Shown: positions 1 through 11,968 of the stretch, one piece after another
Numbering within the stretch: position 1 is the stretch's first letter
Layout: each line of letters begins with the position of its first letter
Assembly: GCA_964016885.1 (NCBI GenBank)
Contig: OZ024742.1
Location: 94,426,001 to 94,490,000, forward strand
DNA from: Eledone cirrhosa
Lineage: Eukaryota
Reading direction: 5' to 3'
Length of the DNA stretch: 64,000 nt
The notes under the pieces: model-generated
Database searches by the model: none
Seen by the model: the letters and a program-made list of their open reading frames with translations, nothing else
Told to the model about the DNA's origin: nothing
Translations under genes and position numbers: made by a program

Positions 1-1323
1 CCTAGCAATCCTGAACACCTCACGTTTTTGGTCATCGCGTTGTAGAACATGCTTGAACTTTCTTTCCTCAGCTTCCCTTCTTGCTAAGTACACTTGTCTC
101 CTAGCTTCCCTCCTGGCCACTTGATAGTCTTCTCTACTTCCCCCATCCCGCCTTACTTTCCAAGCCTGCTTTTTGGCCTTAATTGACCCCTCCACCTTAC
201 TGTTCCACCACCATGTTACTCTCCTCCTGCCTACAGGCCTGCTCCAGCCACAGACTTCGTCTGTCGCCAACAGCAGGTTTGCTTTCAGAAATTCCCACTC
301 TCCCTCTATATTGTCCGACTCTAAATGTTCTTCCTTACTGTCGAAAGCATCAAGTAATATGCTTTGAAATTTATTCCTGGCTGTGGGGTCCTTTAGCTTC
401 CATATTTTTCTCCTGAGGATAGTCCTCTTCTGCTGTCGAGTACGTCTCGTCCTGACTATGAGGTCGCTAATTATCAGTCTATGTTGGGAGGTGCATTCTT
501 CATGGGGGAGGGATTTGGTGTTTACAACAGACACTCTGTCACGTCTTCTGGTAAGGATATAATCTACCTGGCTTGTGTGTTCCCCGGATCTATAGGTGAT
601 CAGGTGATTGTCACGTTTTTTGAAGTTAGTGTTACAGATAGTTAGGTTATTTGCATCACAGAATTCCAGGATTCTGGAGCCTTCCTCATTTCTAGTACCA
701 AACCCATAGCCTCCATGGATTTCGTCGTAGCCGTCACAATGTTGTCCAACGTGACCATTTAGGTCGCCTGCAATAATTATATAGTCACTGTGGGATATTT
801 GGGAGGTAATTAGCATCAGTGTCTCATAGAATCTGTCTTTTATAGTGCCGGGCAGTCCGGATTGGGGTGCGTACGCAGATATTACTGTCACCGTAGTTCT
901 ATTGAGGACAAGTCGTATTTTAATTATTCTGTCGTTCACTCTATTTACGTCTATTATCTTATCTGCCCACTTTTCCGCTACCATGATTCCTACTCCACCC
1001 AGCCCATCGTCGTTTCCCACCCAGAAAAGCTTATAACATCGTTTTTTACCCTCAATGAATCTAGCAGACCCACCCCTCCACCTGGTCTCTTGAATACAAC
1101 AAACATCGACCTCCTTACGTTCAAGCATTTCTACAACCTCGTTAGCGCGACCCTTTAGGGTGCCTACATTTATGGTACCAACTCTGAAGTTTTGGATTGC
1201 GTTTGGGGGTTGGGGGCGGTGGGGGGCGGGGGGCGATGGGGTTATGTTAGCCGTCCGCGGTCGAAACAATGAGGAGTGCTCGCATTCTCGTCCAAGAGGT
1301 GAACTTGTCTTTATCTTTGGCAT
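1..1323 (-). CDS. RTE-clade LINE ORF, N-terminal part (APE endonuclease and linker), runs off the left edge
   Basis: Manual minus-strand translation: MPKIK...FRVGTINVGTLKGRANEVVEMLERKEVDVCCIQETRW...VISAYAPQSG...IIAGDLNGHVG...QVDYIL...SQHRLII...TWWWN...REVFRIAR. Same frame at 1323 and at 1. Probably missing from the ORF track because there is no stop in the window. Confidence 0.9.
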   Translation of the reverse strand, partial: MPKIKTSSPLGRECEHSSLFRPRTANITPSPPAPHRPQPPNAIQNFRVGTINVGTLKGRANEVVEMLERKEVDVCCIQETRWRGGSARFIEGKKRCYKLFWVGNDDGLGGVGIMVAEKWADKIIDVNRVNDRIIKIRLVLNRTTVTVISAYAPQSGLPGTIKDRFYETLMLITSQISHSDYIIIAGDLNGHVGQHCDGYDEIHGGYGFGTRNEEGSRILEFCDANNLTICNTNFKKRDNHLITYRSGEHTSQVDYILTRRRDRVSVVNTKSLPHEECTSQHRLIISDLIVRTRRTRQQKRTILRRKIWKLKDPTARNKFQSILLDAFDSKEEHLESDNIEGEWEFLKANLLLATDEVCGWSRPVGRRRVTWWWNSKVEGSIKAKKQAWKVRRDGGSREDYQVARREARRQVYLARREAEERKFKHVLQRDDQKREVFRIAR

Positions 1324-1485
1324 TGCCGCTGAGCGTCCAGATTTTTCTCTCTCTCTCCTCCACTTTCCAGGATTCCGCAGTCCATCCATCCATCCATCAT
1401 ATATCGAAAGGCAAGCGATAGTATAGGCCTCTGGCTTCTGATTGGTCCGCGTAATAATAATACTGGTGATGCGTGGGGGCTCTGG

Positions 1486-1488
<3 letters not shown>
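1..1488 (-). mobile_element. RTE LINE 5' half including 5' UTR, abutting a (TA)n tract
   Basis: ORF above plus about 165 nt of 5' UTR ending at (TA)n 1489-1516. Confidence 0.85.
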
Positions 1489-1522
<34 letters not shown>

Positions 1523-1664
1523 ATACTTTGGGAGGGTCATGTTGCCAATAAAAAACACACGCACCAGTTGCTTTCACTTCTATTATATATTTATAAATTT
1601 ACAAATTTATAAATTTCTGGTTGGTTGGTTGGTTCCACAACCAGATAGTTGTTTATAAATATAT

Positions 1665-1709
1665 AGTCATAGTTCTTTCGTCACACACTCTGTGACCTCT
1701 TCAGTGACT
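1665..1709 (-). ncRNA. Mirror copy of the PLE hammerhead motif
   Basis: Reverse complement of 4075-4119. Confidence 0.75.
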
Positions 1710-2006
1710 GGAGATTTCTTTCTTCGTTTCTGTGCCTTTCCTTTCTTCTATCCTACGCCATTTTGTTTGTGTGTGGGTTGCGTGCTCAGTTTGCGCATGC
1801 GCCACATCCGGGTGTCTGTGTGTGTTTGTGTTCATTTTTCTATTTTTCTATTTATATTTGTTTGTTTATTTATTTATTTATTGTTGGTTGGTTGTTTGTT
1901 CTATGTGTGTGTGTGTTTTCATTTTGTCTTGTGTGTGTTTTCATTTTGTGTGTGTTTTCAATTGTAAGTTGTTTGTTCTATGTGTGTGTGTGTTTTCATT
2001 TTGTCC

Positions 2007-2860
2007 TTAATTGTAAGTTGTGATGTTGCTGTTCCACTCATATTTTCTATTTAATTTTGGTTTTAATTCTTTTATGCTTACTGCCTTTGTAATTTGCCTA
2101 AACATTGCGTCTTTCTTGTGTGTGGATTCTATTTTTATTTCTATGCTCTCTAATTTACCCCTGTGTTCTATCTTAGCATGTTGGTAGAGCACAGATGATT
2201 CTTTACTATCTTGGAGGTCTCGCCAGTGTTCATTTATTCGTTCCCCTATACTACGAGCTGTCTCACCTATGTACACTATATTTTTGTTTCTACATTGTCC
2301 TTCAGTACATCTTATGCTATATACTACATTTCTAGTTTTACAGTTAATATGGGGGCTTATTTTACAGGTTATACATTTCTTATCTATACATGAGGGTCTT
2401 TGGAACGGGTATGTCTTGCTAATAAGTGTTTTTACGGAGGTACCAGGTCTTTCTACTATCTTAATATTGAGATTATGTTTCTTTAGGGCCCTTCTAAATT
2501 TGTAGGCTAGTTCGCCTCTAGGGGTTGTATTGATGAACATTACACTCTGGTATTTATTGCTATCATACCATGAGTTTATTCTATTGGCCTTGTTCTTAGT
2601 TCTTTCTATTCTATTCCAAAATTTGCTCCTATACAAGGGGCAGGTCCCATTTACGTCATTATTTACCATTTTTTCCCATTTGGTTCTGGCTCCTTTATAC
2701 ACTCTGATTCTATCTCTCTGATTGTAGCCAGAGAACTGCATACGGTGGATGAAGTGTTGTATGTGTCTCTCTAGTTCTTCGGGGTTGCACATGCGGGACA
2801 CATTTCTCATCACCCGTACCAAATCCGCAATCAGTATGTTGATTTTGGTATGGTCCGAAA
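2007..2860 (-). CDS. PLE ORF C-terminal fragment: RT thumb, Cys-rich linker, GIY-YIG endonuclease (open to stop)
   Basis: CIDKKCITC...CKTRNVVYSIRC...IVYIGETARSIGERINEH...LYQHAKIEH...LKPKLN. Confidence 0.9.
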
Positions 2861-3778
2861 AGCCTCCATTCCCATTATGCCAAACCCATGACTTCCAAAC
2901 ATCTGATCCACCGAAACTCGGCCATTTCGGACCATACCAAAATCAACATACTGATTGCGGATTTGGTACGGGTGATGAGAAATGTGTCCCGCATGTGCAA
3001 CCCCGAAGAACTAGAGAGACACATACAACACTTCATCCACCGTATGCAGTTCTCTGGCTACAATCAGAGAGATAGAATCAGAGTGTATAAAGGAGCCAGA
3101 ACCAAATGGGAAAAAATGGTAAATAATGACATAAATGGGACCTGCCCCTTGTATAGGAGCAAATTTTGGAATAGAATAGAAAGAACTAAGAACAAGGCCA
3201 ATAGAATAAACTCATGGTATGATAGCAATAAATACCAGAGTGTAATGTTCATCAATACAACCCCTAGAGGCGAACTAGCCTACAAATTTAGAAGGGCCCT
3301 AAAGAAACATAATCTCAATATTAAGATAGTAGAAAGACCTGGTACCTCCGTAAAAACACTTATTAGCAAGACATACCCGTTCCAAAGACCCTCATGTATA
3401 GATAAGAAATGTATAACCTGTAAAATAAGCCCCCATATTAACTGTAAAACTAGAAATGTAGTATATAGCATAAGATGTACTGAAGGACAATGTAGAAACA
3501 AAAATATAGTGTACATAGGTGAGACAGCTCGTAGTATAGGGGAACGAATAAATGAACACTGGCGAGACCTCCAAGATAGTAAAGAATCATCTGTGCTCTA
3601 CCAACATGCTAAGATAAACACAGGGGTAAATTAGAGAGCATAGAAATAAAAATAGAATCCACATACAAGAAAGACGCAATGTTTAGGCAAATTACAGAGG
3701 CAGTAAGCATAAAAGAATTAAAACCAAAATTAAATAGAAAATATGAGTGGAACAGCAACATCACAACTTACAATTAAG
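2861..3778 (+). pseudogene. Second copy of the PLE GIY-YIG fragment with a 1-nt deletion near 3616 (frameshift, stop at 3634)
   Basis: Same protein as the left arm up to HAKI; aagataaacac here versus aagatagaacac in the left arm. Confidence 0.88.
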
Positions 3779-3972
3779 GACAAAATGAAAACACACACAC
3801 ACATAGAACAAACAACTTACAATTGAAAACACACACAAAATGAAAACACACACAAGACAAAATGAAAACACACACACACATAGAACAAACAACCAACCAA
3901 CAATAAATAAATAAATAAACAAACAAATATAAATAGAAAAATAGAAAAATGAACACAAACACACACAGACAC

Positions 3973-4028
3973 CCGGATGTGGCGCATGCGCAAACTGAGC
4001 ATGCAACCCACACACAAACAAAATGGCG
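3973..4028 (+). promoter_or_regulatory. Putative PLE pLTR promoter cluster: ETS-like CCGGATGT, NRF1-like GCGCATGCGC, YY1-like AAAATGGCG (mirrored at about 1756-1812)
   Basis: Three motifs at 3973-3980, 3982-3991 and 4020-4028 in otherwise AC-rich sequence, about 50 nt upstream of a hammerhead. Confidence 0.5.
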
Positions 4029-4074
4029 TAGGATAGAAGAAAGGAAAGGCACAGAAACGAAGAAAGAAATCCCC

Positions 4075-4119
4075 AGTCACTGAAGAGGTCACAGAGTGTG
4101 TGACGAAAGAACTATGACT
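4075..4119 (+). ncRNA. Minimal type I hammerhead ribozyme motif in the PLE pLTR
   Basis: agtca CTGAAGA g gtcaca gagtg tgtgac GAAA gaac TA tgact; stem I agtca/tgact, 6-bp stem II. Confidence 0.75.
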
Positions 4120-4352
4120 ATATATATATAAACAACTATCTGGTTGTGGAACCAACCAACCAACCAGAAATTTATAAATTTGTAAATTTATAAATATATA
4201 ATAAATTAAATTGAAGTGAAAGCAACTGGTGCGTGTGTTTCTTATTGGCAACATGACCCTCCCAAAGTATAACAATATCGGTTTCAACACACGATTTCAG
4301 ATAAAGAGTCTTGCTAAACAAATTCAGAAACGAAATATATATATATATATAT

Positions 4353-4683
4353 GTATAAACATAGACAGACTGAAGAAAAAAAAAAAAATGGCGTAGACAT
4401 ACAACACAACAGGAGGAACAAGAATATAACACCACTGACGATGTTGCAGATGTGAAACGAAAGATTTATGTAAATTATGTAAACTATATATATGTGTTTG
4501 TGTCTATATTGTATCTGTATTATTTGTGACCGCCGGTCAGTCAATGGCAACATTGAGGACCGAGTAAGTTAGATCGCAGATATATATATATAAAAGACAG
4601 CGAGAAGCGAAAACCAACCAAACAGTGAGTGTGTTCTGTTATTAATTCTGGCAATATTACGCAAATATGACCCTCCCCAAATA

Positions 4684-4688
<5 letters not shown>
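4353..4688 (+). mobile_element. Solo pLTR of a second PLE family (same family as 33175-33822) with a hammerhead-like motif at 4433-4470
   Basis: Matches the right arm of the 33 kb hairpin; AAAATGGCG, CTGACGA-stem-GAAA, terminal atgaccctccccaaatataac then (TA)n. Confidence 0.75.
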
Positions 4689-4735
<47 letters not shown>

Positions 4736-4741
4736 TGTATA

Positions 4742-4783
<42 letters not shown>

Positions 4784-4789
4784 TGTATA

Positions 4790-4843
<54 letters not shown>

Positions 4844-4849
4844 TGTATA

Positions 4850-4906
<57 letters not shown>

Positions 4907-4908
4907 AA

Positions 4909-4941
<33 letters not shown>

Positions 4942-4968
4942 AACATATATATATATATATATGTATAA

Positions 4969-5008
<40 letters not shown>

Positions 5009-5350
5009 GGAGGCACATGGCTTAGTGGTTAGAGCATTGGCCTTGCAATCGAAAGGTTGTGAGTTCAATTCTCAGACCGTGTGATGTGTTGTGTCCTTGA
5101 GCAAGACACTTTATTTCACATTGCTCCAGTTTACTCAGCTGTAGAAATGAGATGATAGGGACTGGGGTCCATATCATTCCACTGCAAAGTGGTCGTGGAG
5201 GTGCCACGGCTAAAAAGCTCCCAGCACTCACTGTAAATGAGGTTGGTGTTAGGAAGGGCATCCAGCTGTAGAAATCAAGCCAGAATCAGTTCCCGTCCCA
5301 CCCTTGCAAGCAGGGAAAAGCGGACGTAAAATGAAATGATGAAATGATGA
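5009..5350 (+). mobile_element. tRNA-derived SINE family A (CORE-like centre, RTE-like tail)
   Basis: A box TGGCTTAGTGG, B box GAGTTCAATTC, GTGTCCTTGAGCAAGACACTT, tail gttaggaagggcatccagctgtagaaa...(ATG)n; near-identical copy at 22398-22744 (-). Confidence 0.85.
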
Positions 5351-6566
5351 TATATATAAACATATATATATATATAAGCATCAGCATCATCTTCGTTTAA
5401 CGTCCATCTTCCACACTAGACACACCCACGTGTGTATATGTGTGTCCATCTGTCAGTCTGGTTGTGTAGAGTAGAAGGGGAGGCCATGAAGGAAAGATAA
5501 TGGAAGAGTGCCATTGAAAACAAATAAATAATAAACATGAAAAATATAGAAAACAAAATAAAATAAACTAAGAAATCAATCTCATTGATAAAAAAACAAT
5601 TGAACAACAAAACATACATACAAAACAATACACAAACAATATATAGAAACAGCAAATAAATAACACACAAAACAGACATACAACATAGAAATAACAAACA
5701 CACGAAAAAGCTCATAGAAAATGTACAAAAATAACAAACACACATACACATGATACAAACAATATATAAAACATCCTAAGTATTGAACAGAAAACAAAAT
5801 AAATAGTGAAAACATCCGTGAAAATCAGCGAAAATGGGAACAAAAAACATGAAAGAAAAGATAATGTTGTTTTTTGTTCCTCATAGACAAAAGAGGGCTA
5901 AAATGAGATAGATTTAATAAATCTTAAAGATTGTTCAGCAATGATATTTAAGAGGAATTACCCATTATAGCAAACCAAGACATTCTTTGTATTCTCTCAA
6001 CCACTACCATATTCTTCTTCTTCCTCTCTTTGTTTCTTTCTTCAATTATTTTCTAACTTCTACATCTTTTTATTGTCTTTCATTTTCTACATTCTCTCTC
6101 CTGTAGACACATTCATCCTTGTTCTTTTTTTTACATCTCATGTCTCTCCCTCCACACAAACACTTCCACCCCCTTTCTCACCTTACTATTTCCTCCATCC
6201 TTTTCTCACACACCAGCATTCCCTCCACCGATTTCTCTCATACCATCATTCCCTCCAACCTTCTTTTACACTATCACTCTCTCGATCTATCCATCTCCCA
6301 AACCAACACTCACACCAACTCCACCACTACCACCACCAACTACTCTTGGAGAACTTCACCAGAAACAATTTTCCATTTATTCATCCTTGAGAAATCCTAA
6401 GATTGTTTTATTATCAATACACTCAGACTAAAGGTATTTCACTTCTCACTCTCTTTTTCTCCCTCACCTCTCATAATCTCTCACTTCAACTATGTAATCA
6501 CTATCAATCTCTCTTTCAATCCCTCACTCTATATATGTACTTTCTATCAACTTTTCTCTCCCTCTC

Positions 6567-6619
<53 letters not shown>

Positions 6620-6894
6620 ATATAGGTATATATACACATCTTTTTCTCTCACTATATCTGTCTCTTCCATAAGTTAACCATACATCACATGCATTTACTG
6701 AAATGGACATACACAGACACACATATGAATATCACATATACACACACGTATATACATACAAATACAATCTCAGATGTGATCACAATAACATACACAAACA
6801 TTCACCTTATTTAAATAGTATTTCATTGAATTTACTCTCTAGAGAATTTCTAATAATGAACTTATATAAAAGATAAAAAAAACAGTAAATTATA

Positions 6895-7095
6895 TTATTA
6901 TATATTGTGAGGGTCATTTCTGCCAATAACCACAACTACACAGACTGGTTGTTGTCCACTCACTCAATCAATTAATCAATTATTACAGAAGTGAACTACA
7001 ACCTATGTTTGTATTGTTATCAAAATGCAGCATTATCTGTCTTAACACACGGTTTCACATTAGGAATCTTACAAAATAAATACCAAAAATAAATA
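6895..7095. mobile_element. Decayed PLE terminal remnant
   Basis: gagggtcatttctgccaataa resembles the PLE terminus (-); aacacacggtttcacattaggaatctt resembles the PLE tail (+). Confidence 0.45.
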
Positions 7096-7764
7096 TTTTA
7101 AAATTAAAGAACAATTCTTTATCTTTGTCGCTGTATTGTTTGTATTAAATGTTTAGACTTCACCCCATATAGGCCCTGATTCAATAGACTATAATTAAAT
7201 TTGTTTTAGGTATATCTTTGTCTTTTTCTTTTCCTATTTTGCTTGTGGAATTTATCTTCATTATCAGAGCCAGATTCAGCCTTAAGCACTTAAAATATTA
7301 TGGTGCACCCAATATATAAAGTCTGAAAGCCAATTTTTTGGGGGGGACTTAATAATAAATTTATTTAAAATATAATGGCTCCCTTCTTCCCTTGATGTCC
7401 CAAGCATGTGCTTATTTTACTTAATGGCTTAATTCAGCTCTGTTCATTATTTACAATAGCTGATGTACCCTTCTTAGTAGGATTGTATTTGATAGATTTT
7501 TGTTTACTATTTCTAACAGATTGAAAAATCACATAGTGGTAGAGTCTCTACCATAGGTCTGAGAGAGTTTGTTTGTAGTTATTATAAATATTATTAGAGG
7601 TGAGTTACTTCCAATGGATAGAGTTATGATAGTAACAAAAATTAAAATGATAAATAAAAAACGATCTATAACCAACTAATGAATAATAATACTACCTAAA
7701 ATTATGAGAACACTACCAAATAAATATATATTTTGAGCAAGTAAAATATAGTTTATCTGTTAAC

Positions 7765-8012
7765 GACAAAAAGTACCCAGTCCACACTGTACAGTGGTGG
7801 TCGTGTAGGCATCACAACAAAAAGCACCCAGTACTCACTGTAAATGAGGTTGGCATTAGGAAGGACATCGAGCTATAGAAACCAAGCCAAAATCAGTGCG
7901 GCATGAGCAAGACATAGTCACCTGACCTAGCATTGCCCACAACAGAACAACTTATCTGACCTAAGCTAGTGTGGAAAAATGTACGAAAAAGAGTGATGAT
8001 GATGATGATGTT
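7765..8012 (+). mobile_element. SINE family A 3' tail fragment
   Basis: cactgtaaatgaggttggcattaggaaggacatc...(GAT)n. Confidence 0.6.
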
Positions 8013-8014
8013 AA

Positions 8015-8340
8015 AATTAGATAATAGATTAGAATGTTTAACTAAACAAGATGTGCATGTCAAACTTAAGGACAATAAAATGAAATCTGCATCTAAACCC
8101 CAAAATGAATTAATTCGAACCATAAAATCTGAGATTGGATTAATTAGCAGCAAAATTTTAAGCAACATTAACAAATCAACCAGCCTCAAGCTATGGAGCA
8201 ATGGTAACAACTTGGTTGAATACTGTTTTTTATTTTAAATCAGTAAAAGGATATCTAAACTATTACTGAAAAAAGTACTCTTTGACAATGCTGCCTCCTA
8301 CAACAATAAAACACTAATAAACAGAGGTTTCTAAAACATT
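8015..8340 (+). pseudogene. Decayed Penelope-like RT fragment
   Basis: VKLKDNK..SKPQNELIRTIKSEIGLISSKILSNIN..LKLWSN resembles the PLE pattern LKDHK..RLINP.KSEIG.ISK.IL..IN..LNQW. Confidence 0.55.
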
Positions 8341-8479
8341 GCAAAGGGGATAAAAATGAGAGTAAAATGAGACAAAAACACAAAAAATAGTTTTCACTTT
8401 TATCTTTTCGTGATATTTTTGGATTAAGATACTATTTCAAAAGAAAAGAAATGGAATATGATAATGATGGTGTGGTGTG

Positions 8480-8513
<34 letters not shown>

Positions 8514-8559
8514 AAAATATTATCCATTACTGTAATTATCTTTTTCTTCTTTGCCCATT

Positions 8560-9432
8560 TATGCCTGAGAGGGTCATGGGTGCAAAATCCTCAAGCACAT
8601 CTTTCAGCAGCAACTATCTCCATTTGATCCTGCTTTATCCCCAAGCAGAACCAGCCAAGCTCATGGTTGTTATCCAACCCTCTTTTATGGGGTTTGCCCC
8701 TCAGTCTCCTGTTGGTTGATTTTGCCCATACAATTTGTTCAGTGATTCTTTCCTAAGACATCCTGACCATATTCCTGTAGAATCAGTGTTATAGTCTCTC
8801 AATCCAGAGAAGTAGCGACTCCTTGATCTCTGAGGTAAGTAATATATTGAGTTATGTTTCTACAAAGTCTCTTTGGAGGAAACATATTTCGACCCCTTAT
8901 ATTAGAGATCTTATTCTTTCAGTCATTATACAGGATTCATGACCATAGGTAATAGTTTTATGAATACCATATTGACAATAGTAAGTTTAGCTTTTACACC
9001 TACTTCCTTTCTTTTGATGACCAAATGGGGAATGTGGCACATTACTACACCAGTCCCTGCAATTCTCTCACTTAATTCAGCCTCATGCCATCCTGTGTGA
9101 ATGTGCGTTGGACTGTACCAAGGTTGTGCACTGTCACTTCTTCTGTTCATAATCTTCAAAACAGTATTGACATGAACAGCCAGGTTGAAAGCAGTTTAAA
9201 AACTGATAAGTGTAGGATCTGTTGACTGAAATTTGCAGGTGACATATTACTACTTAACATGTTGGAAAGTGATCTTCATCTTGCATTTGATAGGTTTGCT
9301 GTTAAGTGCTGCACAGATTGAATGAAAATCAGTGTAGCAAAAACTGAGGCAGTTGTCCTCTCAAGGAAGCCTGCACAGTGCATTCTACAAATGAGAGGAG
9401 TTCCACTGAAGCAGGTGGAGAAGTTCAGGTAT
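8560..9432. mobile_element. Decayed RTE LINE 3' fragment with an inverted 5' segment
   Basis: + strand about 9320-9432: MKISVAKTEAVVLSRKP..LKQVEKFRY; - strand about 9130-8560: ..KEVGVKAKLTI..TYGHESCIMTERIRS. Confidence 0.6.
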
Positions 9433-10059
9433 CACAGGTTATGATGCATAAAATTCTTGTAAAAGCAGAAAATCTTGGAATTGATCCAACAAATATGATG
9501 AAAAAAATAATGAACTGATATTTGAAAGAGGAAGTGGTGTGGAGTGACCATCATTATTATCATCATCGTTTTAATGTTCATTTTCCCTGCTATGTAGACC
9601 AGTCCAACCTGCAAAGGATGGATGAGTCTACATACCAAGTCAATATTGAAGTGGTGGTAGGGATCTGTTTTCTTACTTATGTACAGTCTCATATTCTACT
9701 GAGAACACAGGGGAACTTATCATGTTTTTGACACAACTGAGGGCCCTCCCAATCCTTGTTTGGCAAGCTTTCTATGGCTGGATGCTCTTTGTATCACCAG
9801 CCACTTATAACATGTACAGAGTGTGTTTATTATGTAAATCACCAACACTAGGGAAGTTGTCATGTCATTAACATGACTGAATACAAAATAATCTCAGTCA
9901 AAACAATAACACTGACAAAAAAAACTTAGATTACATATAACAAAATTGTATTTACATATAACAACAACTGCAAAAATGCAAGTACAACTGAGCAAATTAT
10001 TTACTAAAACTAAACAATCAAATATAGGAGGAACAACAACTGTAACAATATAATCATAA

Positions 10060-10275
10060 TGGTTTCTGATTTCAGCACGAGGCCAACGATTTTAAGGGAG
10101 GAGGAAAGTCGATTAAATTGACCCCAGTGCATTACTGGTATTTTATTTTATCGAATTCCTTAAGTATGAAAGTCAAAGCTAACCATGGTGAGATTTGAAA
10201 TCAGAATGTAAAAGGGTGTAACTATATGGTGCAAATACTGTTGTCCGACGCTCTACTAATACTGCCAATCCACCA
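10060..10275 (-). mobile_element. tRNA-derived SINE family B (central cctttcatcc..ggggtcgataaaataaagtaccag domain)
   Basis: Diverged match to the copies at 11789, 13234 and 35385-35968. Confidence 0.75.
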
Positions 10276-10279
10276 CTTT

Positions 10280-10314
<35 letters not shown>

Positions 10315-10323
10315 TAATAATAA

Positions 10324-11282
10324 TGGAGAAAAACAACCTACACAAATACGTCACTGATAGTAAGGAGCTAATGCTCAGAACTGTACTGAAGGAGGGGACA
10401 ATAGACCAGGGGATGTCCAAGGAGGAAATAACATCAAGGAGAAAGAGCAGCCTTCAGGAAAAATCCCTTCATAGTACCTTCTTTGAGAAAACTGAATACA
10501 GAGATACACAGACATGGAACTGGTTGAAAAGAGGAGACCTTAAAAAGGCTACAGAAGGAATGCTAATGGCTGCGCAGGAGCAGGCCCTCAAAACGAAGTG
10601 GTTGAAGCACCATATTTACAAGGAGGAGGCTAGCCCACTGTGCAGGATCTGTGGAGAGAGAGAGGAGACTGTGGCTCACATTGTATCCGAGTGTAAACAC
10701 CTAGCCCAGACCCACTATAAAGGCTGGAGACATGATGGGCAGGGTGATCCACTGGCACCTATGCAAAGTAAACAATTTACCACATTCTGAGAAGTGGTAT
10801 GAGCATAAGCCAGAGTCGGTGATAGAAAACGATCAGGTGAAGGTACTGTGGGATTTTAGGATACAGACGGACAAGAAACTGGAACATAATAGACCTGACC
10901 TGGTGGTTGTGGACAAAGAAAAAAGATCGTGCCTGATTGTGGATGTGGCCTGCCCATTCGACACAAGAGTGCAAGAGAAGGAGAGGGAGAAAATTAACCG
11001 ATACCAGGACTAAAAGTGGGAGGTAAAAAGGATTTGGAACTGCCATGAAGTCAAAGTGGTCCCGATTGTCATAGGCGCACTAGGTACTATCTCAAAGAGC
11101 GTTTAAGGATGGTTAAAGAAAATTGGCCCCGTCACGCTTTTTGGAACGCTTCAAAAGGCATGCTTGCTGGGAACAGCAAGAACCCTCAGATAGGTCCTGA
11201 ATATCTTAGGCTGCAGGTAGTGGCTTGATATTCATTTCAACAAACTTTCCAGTTAACTAACATCAATGACTGAGACTCAAAG
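10324..11282 (+). mobile_element. R4/Dong-type (restriction-like endonuclease) non-LTR retrotransposon 3' fragment inserted in (TAA)n
   Basis: WLKRGDLKKATEGMLMAAQEQAL, CCHC finger CRICGEREETVAHIVSEC, VLWDFRIQTD..HNRPDLVVVDK..IVDVACP, VVPIVIGALG; frameshift near 10735 and stops; (AAT)n on both flanks. Confidence 0.9.
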
Positions 11283-11293
11283 AATAATAATAA

Positions 11294-11351
11294 TAATGAT
11301 TTCATTTATTAGCCACAAAGGCCGACATGTGGCTAATAAATGAAATCATTA
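11294..11351. repeat. 24-bp-arm hairpin inside (TAA)n
   Basis: taatgatttcatttattagccaca aaggccgaca tgtggctaataaatgaaatcatta. Confidence 0.85.
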
Positions 11352-11386
<35 letters not shown>

Positions 11387-11788
11387 GAAGAAGAAGAAGA
11401 AGAAGAAGAAACAAATTATAACTTTATGTAAAGTAAAACTGTGGACATGTTTTATCCGGATTAAAATAAATCAATTATAAATAGTACCCTGTCATCTATT
11501 CTATATTCCTTTATCAGAGGAAAAGGAGACTCAAAACAGAGAGGTTGGGATAGATGGATGGAAGGATACATATATAGATGAGAAAAAGGAAAAGAGAAAG
11601 GAAAGGCAGTTCTCCCATCTCAGCCATAAGCTCTGAAAGAAAAAGGAGAAAGAAGGAAAGTTAGTTGATGGCATTGGTGGAGGGTTGCATTTATGGGTTG
11701 GTAAATAAAAAATATTATGAACTGTAAGAAAAAATAAAATAGAAAAAATAATGTGAACTAACACAATTGTAAAAGTGTGAGACAAAAT

Positions 11789-11968
11789 AATTGTTTCTAC
11801 TTTTGGAACAAGGCCAGCAATTATCCCAGTGCATTACTGGTACTTTATTTTATCGACCCCATAAGGATGAAAGGCAAAGTTTACCTCGGCGGGATTTGAA
11901 CTCAGAACATAAAGGGCCGTAACTCTAAGCTGCAAGGCATGACGTTCGATCCTCTACCAATACTGCCA
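11789..11968 (-). mobile_element. SINE family B
   Basis: aattgtttctacttttggaacaaggccagc...tcgaccccataaggatgaaaggcaaag...gatttgaactcag. Confidence 0.8.

Larger units (their letters stand above)
1515..4335. mobile_element. Penelope-like element (PLE), 5'-truncated with inverted duplication: left arm 1515-2860 (-), spacer 2861-2924, right arm 2925-4278 (+), unpaired tail 4279-4335
   Basis: Near-identical inverted arms of about 1.35 kb encode the RT thumb (HYAKPMTSKHLIHRNSA), a Cys linker and a GIY-YIG nuclease; (TA)n on both sides. Confidence 0.93.
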
